A stretch of DNA of 64,000 nt from an uncultured Candidatus Rokubacteria bacterium. Lineage in GTDB: Bacteria; Methylomirabilota; Methylomirabilia; Rokubacteriales; CSP1-6. The first letter of the stretch is position 1; each line of letters starts with the position of its first letter. Made by a program: the position numbers and the translations under genes. The stretch spans positions 89,560 through 153,559 of the forward strand of contig CAVYTA010000008.1 of NCBI GenBank assembly GCA_963771355.1, read 5' to 3'. The notes under the pieces are model-generated. The model saw nothing but the letters and a program-made list of their open reading frames with translations, did not search any database and had not been told where the DNA came from. This document shows, piece by piece, positions 23,779-34,119 of this stretch.

Positions 23779-25814
23779 TCCAGACCATCCGTACCGCCTG
23801 CGCCCACGATTGCCCCGACCAGTGCTCGCTCATCGCCACCGTCGAGGACGGGCGCCTGCTGAAGCTCCAGGGGGACCCCGATCATCCGATGACGGCCGGC
23901 TTCGCCTGCGCCAAGGTGAACCGCGAGCACGAGAGCGTGCATTCCCCGGAGCGCGTGCTCACGCCGCTGCGCCGCACGGGGCGGAAGGGCGAGGGCCACT
24001 TCGCGCCGGTGACGTGGGAGGAGGCGCTGGCGGAGATCGTCGAGCGGTGGACGCGCATCGCGGCGGAAGACGGCCCGCTGGGGCTGCTCGGCTATGCCTA
24101 TAGCGCGCACCAGGGCCAGCTCAACCGCGGGCTCCTGCTGGGGCTCTTCCACGCGCTCGGGAGCACGCGGCTCATCGCGGGCACCGTGTGCGACTCCTGC
24201 GCCGAGGCGGGCTGGGACGCCGCGGTCGGGAGCATCGGCGGCAGCGATCCCGAGAGCGTGGTGGAGTCGGACCTGATCGTCTCCTGGGGCGCGGACCTGC
24301 TCACCACCAATCTCCACCTCTGGCCCCTGGTGGAGCAGGCGCGTGCCAGGGGCGCGAAGCTCGTCGTCATCGAGCCGCGGCGCAGCGCCACCGCCGCGCG
24401 GGCCGACTGGCACCTGCGCGTCAACGTGGGCTCGGACGCCGCGCTCGCGCTGGGCGTGATGCACGTGCTCGCGCGCGAGGGCCTCTGCGACCGCGACTAC
24501 CTCGCGCGCGAGACGCTGGGCTTCGAGCGGCTGGAGCGCGACGTGCTGCCGCGCTTCACCCCCGCGCGCGTGGCCGAGATCACCGGCGTCTCCGTGGCGG
24601 ACCTCGAGCGCCTGGCGCGGATGTACGGCGGCGCGCGGGCGCCCTTCATCCGGCTGGGCGAGGGGATGTCGCGCACGCTGCAGGGCGGCCAGGCCATCCG
24701 CGCGGTGGCGCTCTTGCCCGGCGTGGTGGGCGCCTATGCCAAGCGCGGCGGCGGCGCCCTCCTCATGACGGCGACGGGGTTCGGCGTCGACTCGAGCGCC
24801 CTCCGCAAGCCCTCCGGTCCCGCGGCCACGCGCACCGTGAACCACTCGCGGCTCGGCGAGGCGCTGCTCACGTTCAAGGACCCGCCCATCCGCGCGCTCT
24901 TCGTGGCCGCCAACAATCCCGCGGTGACCTGTCCCGACTCGGCGGCGGTGCGGCGGGGGCTCGCCCGCGAGGACCTCTTCACCGTGGTCCACGACCCCTT
25001 CCTCTCGGACACCGCGCGCTACGCCGATCTGGTGCTGCCCGCGGCGACCCACTACGAGAGCGAGGACGTCGTGCGCGCCTACGGGACCTACTACCTGCAG
25101 TTCGTCGCGCAGGTCGTGCCGCCGCAGGGGGAGGCCTGGTCGAATTGGCGGCTGGCCCAGGAGCTGGCGCGGCGCCTCGGCGTGAAGGACCCGGTCTTTT
25201 CCATGGACACGGACGGGCTCATCCGCGCCCTGTTCCGCAATGCCAGGGGGCCGGCGGCCACCCTGGATCCGGCGGCCGTGCGCACGGCGGGGCCCATCCG
25301 CGTGACCGATCCGATCGCGGTGGGAGCCGGGCGTCCCTTCGGCACGCCGTCGGGGAAGCTCGAGTTCTACTCGGAGACGCTCGCCGCCCAGGGGCTGCCC
25401 GCCTTGCCGGACTGGCAGCCCGATCCCGACGCGGCCGAGCGAGGCCGGCGCTGGCCGCTGCGGCTCCTCACCGCGCCCGGGTATTTTCAGGCGCACACGG
25501 CCTACGCGGGCGTGGCCTCGCTGCGGAAGAAGGCGGGCCCGCCCGAGTGCGTGCTCCATCCCGACGACGCGGCGGCGCGGGGCCTCCACGCGGGCCAGCC
25601 GGTGGAGCTCTACAATGACCGCGGCGCGGTGACCCTCGTGCTGCGGGTGAGCGACGAGACCTCGCCCGGCGTGGCCTTCGTGCCCGGCCAGCGGCCGGTG
25701 GGCGAGGCCCTGGCCGGCACGATCAATATGCTGTGCTCCACGGAGTACAGCGACATGGGCGACGGCGCGACCTACCAGAGCACGCGGCTCGAGGCACGCG
25801 CCCCGCGGGCCTGA
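23775..25814 (+). CDS. Molybdopterin-dependent oxidoreductase (YoaE/YyaE-like)
   Basis: CAHDCPDQC...CAK Fe-S motif, SDTARYADLVLPA, TPSGKLEFYS, LHPDDA. Confidence 0.9.
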   Translation: MIQTIRTACAHDCPDQCSLIATVEDGRLLKLQGDPDHPMTAGFACAKVNREHESVHSPERVLTPLRRTGRKGEGHFAPVTWEEALAEIVERWTRIAAEDGPLGLLGYAYSAHQGQLNRGLLLGLFHALGSTRLIAGTVCDSCAEAGWDAAVGSIGGSDPESVVESDLIVSWGADLLTTNLHLWPLVEQARARGAKLVVIEPRRSATAARADWHLRVNVGSDAALALGVMHVLAREGLCDRDYLARETLGFERLERDVLPRFTPARVAEITGVSVADLERLARMYGGARAPFIRLGEGMSRTLQGGQAIRAVALLPGVVGAYAKRGGGALLMTATGFGVDSSALRKPSGPAATRTVNHSRLGEALLTFKDPPIRALFVAANNPAVTCPDSAAVRRGLAREDLFTVVHDPFLSDTARYADLVLPAATHYESEDVVRAYGTYYLQFVAQVVPPQGEAWSNWRLAQELARRLGVKDPVFSMDTDGLIRALFRNARGPAATLDPAAVRTAGPIRVTDPIAVGAGRPFGTPSGKLEFYSETLAAQGLPALPDWQPDPDAAERGRRWPLRLLTAPGYFQAHTAYAGVASLRKKAGPPECVLHPDDAAARGLHAGQPVELYNDRGAVTLVLRVSDETSPGVAFVPGQRPVGEALAGTINMLCSTEYSDMGDGATYQSTRLEARAPRA

Positions 25815-25839
25815 CCGCCTGGCCTGAGCGTCCCGCCGC

Positions 25840-26634
25840 TCAGCGCCCCTTGAAGACGGGGCGGCGCTTCTCCGAGAAGGCCTTCACGCCTTCCTGGTAG
25901 TCCTCGCTGTTGAAGCAGTCGGCGATGAGCTTGTCCAGCAGCGCCAGATCGCGCTCGCCCGACGGCCGCAGGAGCTGCTCCACCGTGGTCTTGGCCGAGT
26001 GGATGGTGAGCGGCGCGTTGCGGGAGATCCGGAGGGCGTAGTCGCGGGTGAAGGTCTCCAGCTCCGCCTTGGGCACCACCTGGTTCACGAGGCCCATGCG
26101 CAGCGCGTCCTGGGCGCTGAAGTCGGTGCGCGCGGTGAAGAAGAGCTCCTTGGTGTAGGCGGGCCCGATCAGCTTCATCAGCTTGTCCATGCCGTGATAG
26201 TGATAGCCGAGCCCCAGCCGCGCGGCGGGAATCCCGAAGCGGGCGTCGTCGGCGGCGAGGCGCAGGTCACAGTTGAGCGCCATGCCGACGCCGCCGCCCA
26301 CGCAGACGCCGTGGATCATGGCCAGCAGCGGCTTCGCCAGCGTGGCGAGCGCCGCCGCCCCGCGCGCGGAGATCTTCCGGTACTCCGCCTCGTCCGCCAT
26401 GTTGCGCCGCCGGTCCTTGAACTGGGAGATGTCCGCGCCGGACACGAAGGCAGCCTCCCCCGCGCCCCGCAAGATGACCACGCGGATGCCGTCGTCGCCC
26501 GCCAGGTCCTCCACGTAGCCGGGCATGAGCTGCCACATCTCCTGGTTCACGGCGTTTCGCTTCTCGGGCTGGTTGAAGATGATCCAGCCGATGGGCCCGT
26601 CCTTCTCCAGCAGCAGCGGCGCGGTCGCGCTCAT
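25840..26634 (-). CDS. Enoyl-CoA hydratase/isomerase family protein
   Basis: AFVSGADISQF, GVCVGGG, EGVKAFSEKR. Confidence 0.9.
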   Translation of the reverse strand: MSATAPLLLEKDGPIGWIIFNQPEKRNAVNQEMWQLMPGYVEDLAGDDGIRVVILRGAGEAAFVSGADISQFKDRRRNMADEAEYRKISARGAAALATLAKPLLAMIHGVCVGGGVGMALNCDLRLAADDARFGIPAARLGLGYHYHGMDKLMKLIGPAYTKELFFTARTDFSAQDALRMGLVNQVVPKAELETFTRDYALRISRNAPLTIHSAKTTVEQLLRPSGERDLALLDKLIADCFNSEDYQEGVKAFSEKRRPVFKGR

Positions 26635-26746
26635 GGGGGCGTCCTCCTGCGGAGAGCATCGCACACTTTGACTTGGCGGGAGGCGGCGCGTAGCATCGGC
26701 GCAACCGGGTCGGTCGTGCCGTGTTGGTGACCGCGGGGGAGGGGTC

Positions 26747-27740
26747 ATGGCCTTCGACTACAAGCAGTACTTCGGTGACATCGTGGTGGCGCAGAACCTC
26801 GTCACCCGGCCGGAGGAGCGCACCTGGCGGCTGGCCGCGCCCCCGCCCGATGCCGAGCATCACGACATCGTGCTCTATCTGGGCTGCAATGTCCTCCGCA
26901 CCTCCCACATGATCAAGACCGTCACCGCCATCTTCGACCGGCTGGGGCTGGACTATGTCGCGGTGGGCGGGCCGACCTACTGCTGCGGCATCGTGCATCA
27001 CCAGAACGGCGACACCGCCGCCTCCACCGGGATGAACCGGCGCACGAAGGAGCTCTTCGAGCGCTACACGCCGCGCGAGGTCGTGATGTGGTGCCCGTCC
27101 TGCATCTACTTCTACGACGAGGTGCAGAAGCTCGACCTTCCATTTCCCACGCGGCATACGGCGGAGTTCCTCGCCGATCGGCTGGGCGAGCTCCCCCTCT
27201 CACCGGTGGCGGCGCGCCGGGTAGCGCTGCACGGCCACGGCGTCGGCGAGGCACGCCGGCGCGAGGGCGAGGCCGGCCGCCGGCTGCTGGCCGCGGTGCC
27301 GGGCCTCACCGTGGTGAGCCTCGAGCCCGACGAGCGCTTCGGCCGGAGCTGCAACCCCGCGCTCATGCAGAACCTCGGCCCCGAGGGCTGGCGCGCCCTG
27401 GCCCTGGGCGAGCTCGACCGCGCCCTCGCCGCGGGGGCGGACACCTTCGCCGGCATGTATCACGGCTGCCAGCGTCAGCTCTGCGCCTTCGAGGCCGAGC
27501 GCCCCATCACCATCGAGCATTACCTGACGACGTTCGCGCGGGCCCTCGGCATCGAGTTCGAGGACACCTTCAAGAAGTACCGCCTCTGGGCCGACCCCGA
27601 CCGCATCTTCGAGGACTCCACGCCCTGCCAGCAGGGGAATGGCGTGGACCCCGCCCGCGCGCGCGACCTCATCGCGCGGACCTTCGTGCCCATCGGCGCG
27701 GTGGCGCCCGGCCCGGCCGCGGGGACCTGGGCGCAGGTCA
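26747..27740 (+). CDS. CCG-domain Fe-S protein (HdrB/GlpC-like); 3' end uncertain
   Basis: YLGC, YCCG, WCPSC, YHGC motifs. The called ORF runs to 28030, but beyond ~27740 it reads into the next gene. Confidence 0.75.
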
Positions 27741-27835
27741 GTCGGGTACTGGCACGCCCGACGCGCCTGCTTGGTAGCTGTGGAGGCGGCGTGCGCGCGG
27801 GGCGGGGGGCGTGTGACATCCTCGCATTACAACAT

Positions 27836-28852
27836 ATGGCCCCGATGCTGAGAACCGTCGGGCTCATCATGTCATTCACATTCGGCCTTCTCGCGGCGCG
27901 TTCGCGGAGAAGCGCAGCCGCGGGCGAAGGTCTCTCGGATAGGGTTTCTCGCGACTTGCCGACGCCCCACGATGAGGCATTGCGGCAAGGCCTCCACGAG
28001 GTCAACTACGTGGAGGGCCGGAACATCTAGATAGAGCGTCGATATTCGGAGGGTAAGCCCGAGCGGCTCCCCGACTTCGCCGACCGAGCGGTTGGCCTCA
28101 AGGTTGACGTCATCGTGGTCGACGCCTGCGGCGCATCGCTCAATGCCGCCAGTCAAGCTATCAGCGCGATCCCCATCGTCGTCGCTGCGTGTAAGATGAC
28201 CTCGTTGCGGCGGGGCTTATCTCCAGCCTCGCCGACCGGGAGGTAACATCACCGGGCTGTCAGAGCTCACTCCGGAGCTCGGGGCCAAACGTCTGAGTTG
28301 CTGAAAGAGGCCGTCCCAGGATGAAACGCGTGGCCGTTCTATGGAATACGACCTATTCGGAGCGGCTCAGTGCGCAACTTCCGCTTCTGGTCATCCGATT
28401 GGGTAGCGATGCGAGGCGGCAGTCCCAGGCGTTGGGCATCGACGCTGCAATCGGTAGAGATCCGTGGTCCCGACGATTTCGATACCGCGTTCTCAGCCAT
28501 GACCAAAGAGCGAGCGGACGCGATGATTGCATTCTCGGAGCCCCATCGATCGTCCTTCATCGGAAAACGCATCGCGGATCTCGCGGCGAAGATCCGCCGG
28601 CCGGCAATGTATGCATCCCGAGAGGTGGCGGAGGCGGGAGGACTGATGTTCTACGGGCCGAGCAACGCTGACATGTTCCGGCGGGCCGGTGTTTATGTAG
28701 GCAAGATCTTGAAAGGGGCCAAGCCCGCAGATCTCCCCGATGGAGCAACCCACGAAGTTCGAGCTGGTGATCAACCTCAAGGCCGCGAAGGCGCTCGGCA
28801 CTCGCGATCCCGCAGTCGATCCTTCGCCGAGCGGACGAGGTGATCCGAGTGA
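27836..28852 (+). pseudogene. ABC_sub_bind-type substrate-binding protein with many frameshifts
   Basis: Fragments YVEGRNI, GNITG, KRVAVLWN, KILKGAKPADLP, EQPTKFELVINLKAAKALG in changing frames, plus a stop at 28028. Confidence 0.75.
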
Positions 28853-29707
28853 AGGAGATGTGTCGCGGTGTGGCTGGCGGGCGTCCTGCTTCTCGGCGCG
28901 ACGGCGCCGGTACTGGCCGAGACGGTTCTGGAGAAGATCCGACGGACCGGGGTCCTCACCGCGGGGACGCGCGGCATCTCCATCTCTTTCGCATCCATCA
29001 ACGAGAAGAACGAGTGGATCGGCTTCGCCATCGATCTCCTGGAAGCCATCCGGGCCCGCCTGGAGAAGAAGCTCGGCAAGCCCATCAAGCTCGAAAAGAG
29101 AGAGGTCACCGCGGAAACTCGCATCGGAGCCTCGTGGTCAAGGGGACCATCGACGTCGAGTGCGGGGTCCACCACCTACACTCGGAGCCGGGACGCGGCG
29201 GTGGACTTCTCCATCATCTTCTTCTTCACTGGTAATCAGCTCCTGGTGAAGAAGGGGAGCGGGATCAAGGGCCTGGCGGACGTGGCCGGCCGGCGGGTCG
29301 GGGTCGCCCGCGAAACGACCGGCGCACGAGCCCTCCGTGTTTCCCAGCCCAAGGCCAACGAGGTGACCTTCCCGGACCATCCGGCTGGCTTCCTGGCCCT
29401 CGAGCAGGGGAGGATCGCCGCCTATGCCGCCGACGGCATCCTGCTGGCCGGCTTCGCCGCGAAGGCCAGGAACCCCAAGGATTACGAAGTGGTGGGGGAC
29501 TTCTTCTCGAAGGATCCCTACGCCTGCATGGTCCCGGAGAACGACTCCAAGTGGCGCGACTTCGTGAACCATACCTTCATGGAGCTTATTGACAATGGAA
29601 AGTACTTCGAGCTCTACGACAAGTGGTTCGGGAAGCGGGCCGTGTTCCCCTATCCGATGTCGGATCAGGTTCGCAATTACATGATCATGCAGTCCATGCC
29701 GGAGTGA
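28849..29707 (+). CDS. Polar amino-acid ABC substrate-binding protein (GltI-like), copy 1, frameshifted
   Basis: LEKIRRTGVL, VDFS, YACMVPENDSKWRDFVN; IDVECG read in an alternate frame. Confidence 0.8.
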
Positions 29708-29723
29708 CCGTGGAGGGCGTCCG

Positions 29724-30576
29724 ATGAAGAGATGCGTTGCGGTGTGGCTGGCCGGTGTCCTGCTTCTCGGCGCGGCCGCGCCGGTCCTGGCCGAGACGGT
29801 TCTGGAGAAGATCCGACGGACCGGGGTCCTCACCGCGGGGACGCGCGGCATTTCCATCCCGTTCGCGTTCATCAACGAGAAGAACGAGTGGATCGGCTTC
29901 TCCGTCGATCTCCTGGAGGCCATACGGGCCGGCTGGAGAAGAAGCTCGGCAAGCCCATCAAGCTCGAAAAGAAGGAGATCGACCTGGTGACCCGGTTCAG
30001 CTGGTGGCCAACCGCGCGTGGACGTGGTGTGCGCGGCCGACACCAACACCCGGGGCCGGGACGAGACGGTAGACTTCTCGCTCAACTTCTTTTTTACCGG
30101 CGCCCAGCTCCTGGCGAAGAAGGGGAGCGGGATCAAAGGCTTGGCAGACGTGGTCGGTAAGCGCGTGGGCGCCGCCAAGGGGTCCACCGGCGAGAAAGCC
30201 CTGCGCGCCTCCCAGTCCAAGGCTGAACTGGTGACCTTCCCGGACCACGACGGAGGGTTTCCAGGCGTTGGAGCAAGGGAGGATCGTCGCCTACGCCAAC
30301 GACGGCATTCTTTTGGTCGGCCTCGCTGCCAAGGCCAGAAACCCAACGGACTACGAAGTGGTGGGGCGCTTCTTCTCGAAGGACCCGTACTCCTGCATGG
30401 TTCCGGAGAACGACTCCAAGTGGCGCGACTTCGTGAACCACACCTTCATGGAGCTGATCGACAACGGGAAATACTTCGAACTGTACGAGAAGTGGTTCGG
30501 GGAGCGCGGGGTAGTTCCCTATCCGATGTCGGATCAGGTTCGCAATTACATGATCATGCAGTTCATGCTAGAGTGA
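29724..30576 (+). CDS. Polar amino-acid ABC substrate-binding protein, copy 2, frameshifted
   Basis: Close tandem paralog of copy 1, split over three frames. Confidence 0.8.
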
Positions 30577-30613
30577 GCTGGAAGCGCTGACTGGAAGCGC
30601 CACGGAGGCGACC

Positions 30614-31435
30614 ATGGACGACTACCTCGAGGCGAACCGGCGGCTATGGGATGCGTGGACGCCCCTCAACGTCGCCTCCGAGTTCTACGACGTCGAGGGC
30701 TTCAAGGCGGGTCGCGTGGACCGGCCGTCGATGCTCCACCAGCTCGAGGCGAATCTGGTCGGCGACGTCACGGGCCGGACGCTCCTCCACCTGCAATGCC
30801 ACTTCGGCATGGACACCATCCGCTGGGCCCGGCGGGGGGCGCGGGCGACCGGCATCGACTTCTCCTCCGCGGCCATCGAGGCCGCGCGCCGGCTCGCCGC
30901 GGAGATGGGGGTGCCGGCGACCTTCGTCGAGAGCGACGTCTACGCGCTCCCCGACCGCCTCGACCACCGCTTCGACGTGGTCTTCACCTCGCATGGGGTC
31001 CTCTGCTGGCTGCCCGACCTCGTCCGCTGGGCGGAGGTCATCGCCCACTTCCTCGCGCCGGGCGGCGTCTTCTGCATCGTCGAGGCCCATCCCGTCGGGA
31101 TGATCTTCGATGAGACGCGCGCGGACGGCGAGCTGCGCGTGCGGTTCCCGTACTTCCAGGGGCCCGAGCCCATCCGCGATGAGCACCCCGGCTCCTATGC
31201 CGCGCCGGACGCGCCGCTGCAGAGCGTGGAGCACGTGTGGATTCACCCCATCGGGGAGGTCGTCGGCTCGCTCCTGCGCGCGGGGCTCCGCCTCGAGTCC
31301 TTCGCGGAGTACCCCTTCATGGGGTGGCGCTTCCTGCCCTGGATGGAGCAGCGTCCCGACGGTGCCTGGCAGCTCCCCGGCGCCGCCGCCACCCTGCCGC
31401 TGATGTTCTCGCTCACCGCGCGCAAGCCCGCCTGA
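30614..31435 (+). CDS. Class I SAM-dependent methyltransferase
   Basis: LLHLQCHFGMDT, TGIDFS, FDVVFTSHGVLCWLPDL. Confidence 0.9.
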   Translation: MDDYLEANRRLWDAWTPLNVASEFYDVEGFKAGRVDRPSMLHQLEANLVGDVTGRTLLHLQCHFGMDTIRWARRGARATGIDFSSAAIEAARRLAAEMGVPATFVESDVYALPDRLDHRFDVVFTSHGVLCWLPDLVRWAEVIAHFLAPGGVFCIVEAHPVGMIFDETRADGELRVRFPYFQGPEPIRDEHPGSYAAPDAPLQSVEHVWIHPIGEVVGSLLRAGLRLESFAEYPFMGWRFLPWMEQRPDGAWQLPGAAATLPLMFSLTARKPA

Positions 31436-31500
31436 CCCTTCAGGAGTCCTTCTCTCGCCTCCTTCCTCCAGCGCGAGAGCATGAAGGGGTGGATGTCCAT
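31436..31500 (-). mobile_element. Short IS3-family transposase (OrfA HTH) remnant
   Basis: Minus strand encodes MDIHPFMLSRWRKEAREGLLKG, resembling the HTH recognition helix of IS3 OrfA; only ~22 codons. Confidence 0.45.
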
Positions 31501-31576
31501 CGTTTCCTCGGCCCGATCGCTCTGCCCATCCGACACCTCCCAGCGTTAGCCAGAAGTGTCTACTTTATCGAGGGAG

Positions 31577-31607
31577 ATTCAACGGTCGGCTGCATGCGTT
31601 GTTAGGC
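31577..31607 (-). other. Truncated attC site
   Basis: Minus strand GCCTAAC-AACGC-ATGCAGCCGACC-GTTGAAT; the left arm matches the attC at 33409 and the right arm is missing. Confidence 0.6.
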
Positions 31608-31665
31608 GGCATCCTGCGTTGCCGCTCCTCTAGTAGACGCTAACGTGATTGTGGTTTTTGCCGGC

Positions 31666-32488
31666 CTACGCCCGGCCACTCCCAATCAACATTTCGGCGC
31701 TCATCACAAGTCGTCCCTCGGACTAGAATTGCGTAAGGCGTGCGCGCACCTCTTCTCGAACTGCGCGTCGGCTGGGCTCAGGTAACGCGAGATAGGCCTG
31801 TGACATTTGCCCGGCCCCTGCCTCGATCGGCGCCCAGTACTCGTAGAACGACTCAACAATTCCTTGGTGCGTCTCGCGCGTCACGCGAACATCGCGAAAA
31901 CCTGCCTCGCAGATAAGGCGTTCGAGCTGAGGTACGTTTCCGAAAGAAAAAGACAGGTGGAGTGCATTCCTCTGGTCGGGATAGATAGCCACTGAGCGTT
32001 TCGGCAAGAACGCCCCACATCGGCGCGCGATCGGGTGACGAGATGACGCATACGGCAGCTCGGCAGCCGGGCCGCAAAACACGTCGAAATTCTGCGAGGC
32101 CACGCGCGGGATCAGGGAAGAACATGAGGCCGAGCTGACAAATCACCGCGTCGAAAGTGGCGTCTGGGAACACAAGGCCCTGCCCGTCTGAAACGACCGC
32201 AAGAAACCGTGCGTCGGACAACCGCGCGCATGCCTCGTCGAGCATCGCGGGGGAAATGTCCGAACCGACCACAAGCCCCGAGTCTCCGACGTGCCCCAGT
32301 GCCAATTGCGCTGCCTCGCCCGTCCCCGTGGCAACGTCGAGTACTCGATTCCCATCCCTGATCTCAGCGGCGGCCAACAACGCTGGAACGAACAGTCGCG
32401 ACCAGCGTCCGATGTATTGCGCATATGCCGATCCATCGACGCGCCGTCCACGCGGTGCGTGCATCCCTGGTCCCCACGTAACGCTCAT
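31666..32488 (-). pseudogene. Cassette gene: UbiE-like methyltransferase (frameshift near 31980, stop at 31723)
   Basis: VLDVATGTG, FDAVICQLGLMFFPD; the reading frame continues past the TAG as SEGRLVMSAEMLIGSGRA. Confidence 0.75.
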
Positions 32489-32515
32489 CTGCGCTCCCTT
32501 AAGGGGTACGCGGAA

Positions 32516-33359
32516 TCACACAACCTTATAGCGCTTCGCGAGTTGCGAGCCTGCCTCGGCTCCGACCAGTTGCTCAAGCTCCCTTGCGGCTGGCATTGCG
32601 TTGCCGAAGGTCACCGTAGCGCCGGTCTCGTGGAGTTCGCGCACAAAGTCCTTCATCGCTTGGTACGTCACGACGACGCTCTGAATAGGATAGATCGCAA
32701 GTTTGATCCCAGACGCGAGGACTGCTTCCTTCGAGGCATCGAGCACGAAACTGGCCATGGGCTTGCCTACTGTCGTTGCGAAGGAAGGCGTTTCAGCGAG
32801 GGGCAGGCCGGTAACAATCAGCATGTCAGCTCCAGCCTCGGCATACGCTTGGCACCGTTCGGTTGCCTCCTCCAACGAGCGTCCGATATAGAGTGCCTCA
32901 CAACGCGCGATGAGGAGGGTGTCCGGGTCACGCAGAGCCTCAAGAGCGGCGCGAATCTTCTCCGTGGCAACGGGTAGTGGATGCAGCGTGCCGCCAGGTC
33001 CATAGAGCTTTCCTGGTGCGTGATCCTCAATGTGCATACCCGCAACGCCCGCAGCTTCGAACCGTCTCACGTGGTGATAAGCGTTCACGGCGTTGCCCGC
33101 ACCTTCCTCCAGATCGGCGATCACCGGAACGTCTGTTGCTTCAACCATGAGGCGCGCTTGTTCGAGCAATTCGCTCATGGTTAGGAGAGACTGGTGCGGA
33201 AGTCCCCAGCGACTTCGCGGCGCAACCGTAGCTACCGACGTAGACGGCCCGAAAGCCTTGCCGTGCAACCAGTTTCGTTGTCAGGAGGTCGTGCGCCCCT
33301 GGGACGATTACTGGAGCGGTGTCTCGTATGAGTTCCCGTAGCCGGCTCGCGCCTTTCAT
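32516..33359 (-). CDS. Cassette gene: isocitrate lyase/PEP mutase family protein (frameshifted 5' part)
   Basis: PGAHD, GFRAVYVGS, PVIADLEEG, GMHIED, AYAEAGAD. Confidence 0.8.
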
Positions 33360-33408
33360 GAGTCCTACCTTTCAAAGACTGGTTCTGAAAAGTTCGCGTA
33401 GTTCAGTC

Positions 33409-33468
33409 GTCCAACGTGCCGTATCAGCCGCGGCGCGCAACGCCGTCGGCTGCATGCGGAGGTTAGAG
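33409..33468 (-). other. attC site (60 bp)
   Basis: Minus strand CTCTAAC-CTCCGC-ATGCAGCCG-ACGGCGTTGCGCGCCG-CGGCTGAT-ACGGCAC-GTTGGAC: AAC/GTT R boxes and paired L boxes with a bulged base, just after the toxin stop. Confidence 0.88.
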
Positions 33469-33474
33469 GGCTGA

Positions 33475-33772
33475 TCAGAGGCGCGACCGCCAATAGCCGG
33501 GGCGACGACGACCGTGGGCCACGGCCACGATCTCGATGTCCTCACCGCGAAGGAGGTACACCAGGCTGAAGGGTATCGTGGAAATACGTATCGGCGTGCG
33601 CGGCTGCCGTACGTGGCCATGTTCGGGGGCTCGCCTCGATCGCGGCAATGGCCCGCGCCAGTTCCTCTCGAAACGCGTGCCCGGCTTCGAAACTTCTCGC
33701 AGCATACCAGTCATACGTGGATTCCGCCTCCTGCGCTGCAGCAGGATGGAACCGGACCGCCGCTGAGGCCAT
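33475..33772 (-). CDS. Cassette gene: RelE/ParE-family toxin (frameshifted)
   Basis: VRFHPAAAQE...YDWY...IEASPRTW; C-terminus IEIVAVAHGRRRPGYWRSRL. Confidence 0.85.
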
Positions 33773-33997
33773 TCAGCGCTGGTACAACCGCGCTCTCAGC
33801 TCTTCCCAGGGAACCGCCTGGAGCTGGCCAGAATACAGCTCAGAGATTAGACGCTCTATCTCGGCCTGACAGGCTTCCTCGGCACCTTCCTCAGACTCAG
33901 CGTCTAAGCTGTCGACTAGAAGAAGAATGAGTGCGGCTCGCTCCTTCGGATCTAGCTGCATCGCTTCCTCAAATAGCTCCCGCGCCGATCTCGCCAT
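33773..33997 (-). CDS. Cassette gene: addiction-module antitoxin
   Basis: LDPKERAAL...LVDSLD...AEIER...AVPWEELRARL, directly upstream of the toxin. Confidence 0.85.
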   Translation of the reverse strand: MARSARELFEEAMQLDPKERAALILLLVDSLDAESEEGAEEACQAEIERLISELYSGQLQAVPWEELRARLYQR

Positions 33998-34036
33998 GCG
34001 TCGATCCTACCATCCCATTACTACGTACGTTTGCCC

Positions 34037-34106
34037 CTGTAACGCCACGCTCAGCGGCCGGGGCGAGCAACGTGAGCCTCCGGTACGTTGGAGCGTGATG
34101 TAGGGC
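34037..34106 (-). other. attC site (70 bp, degenerate R boxes)
   Basis: Minus strand GCCCTAC-ATCACGCTCCAACG...CGCTGAGCGTGGC-GTTACAG, an imperfect hairpin between two cassettes. Confidence 0.75.
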
Positions 34107-34119
34107 AGAGTGTCATTGC

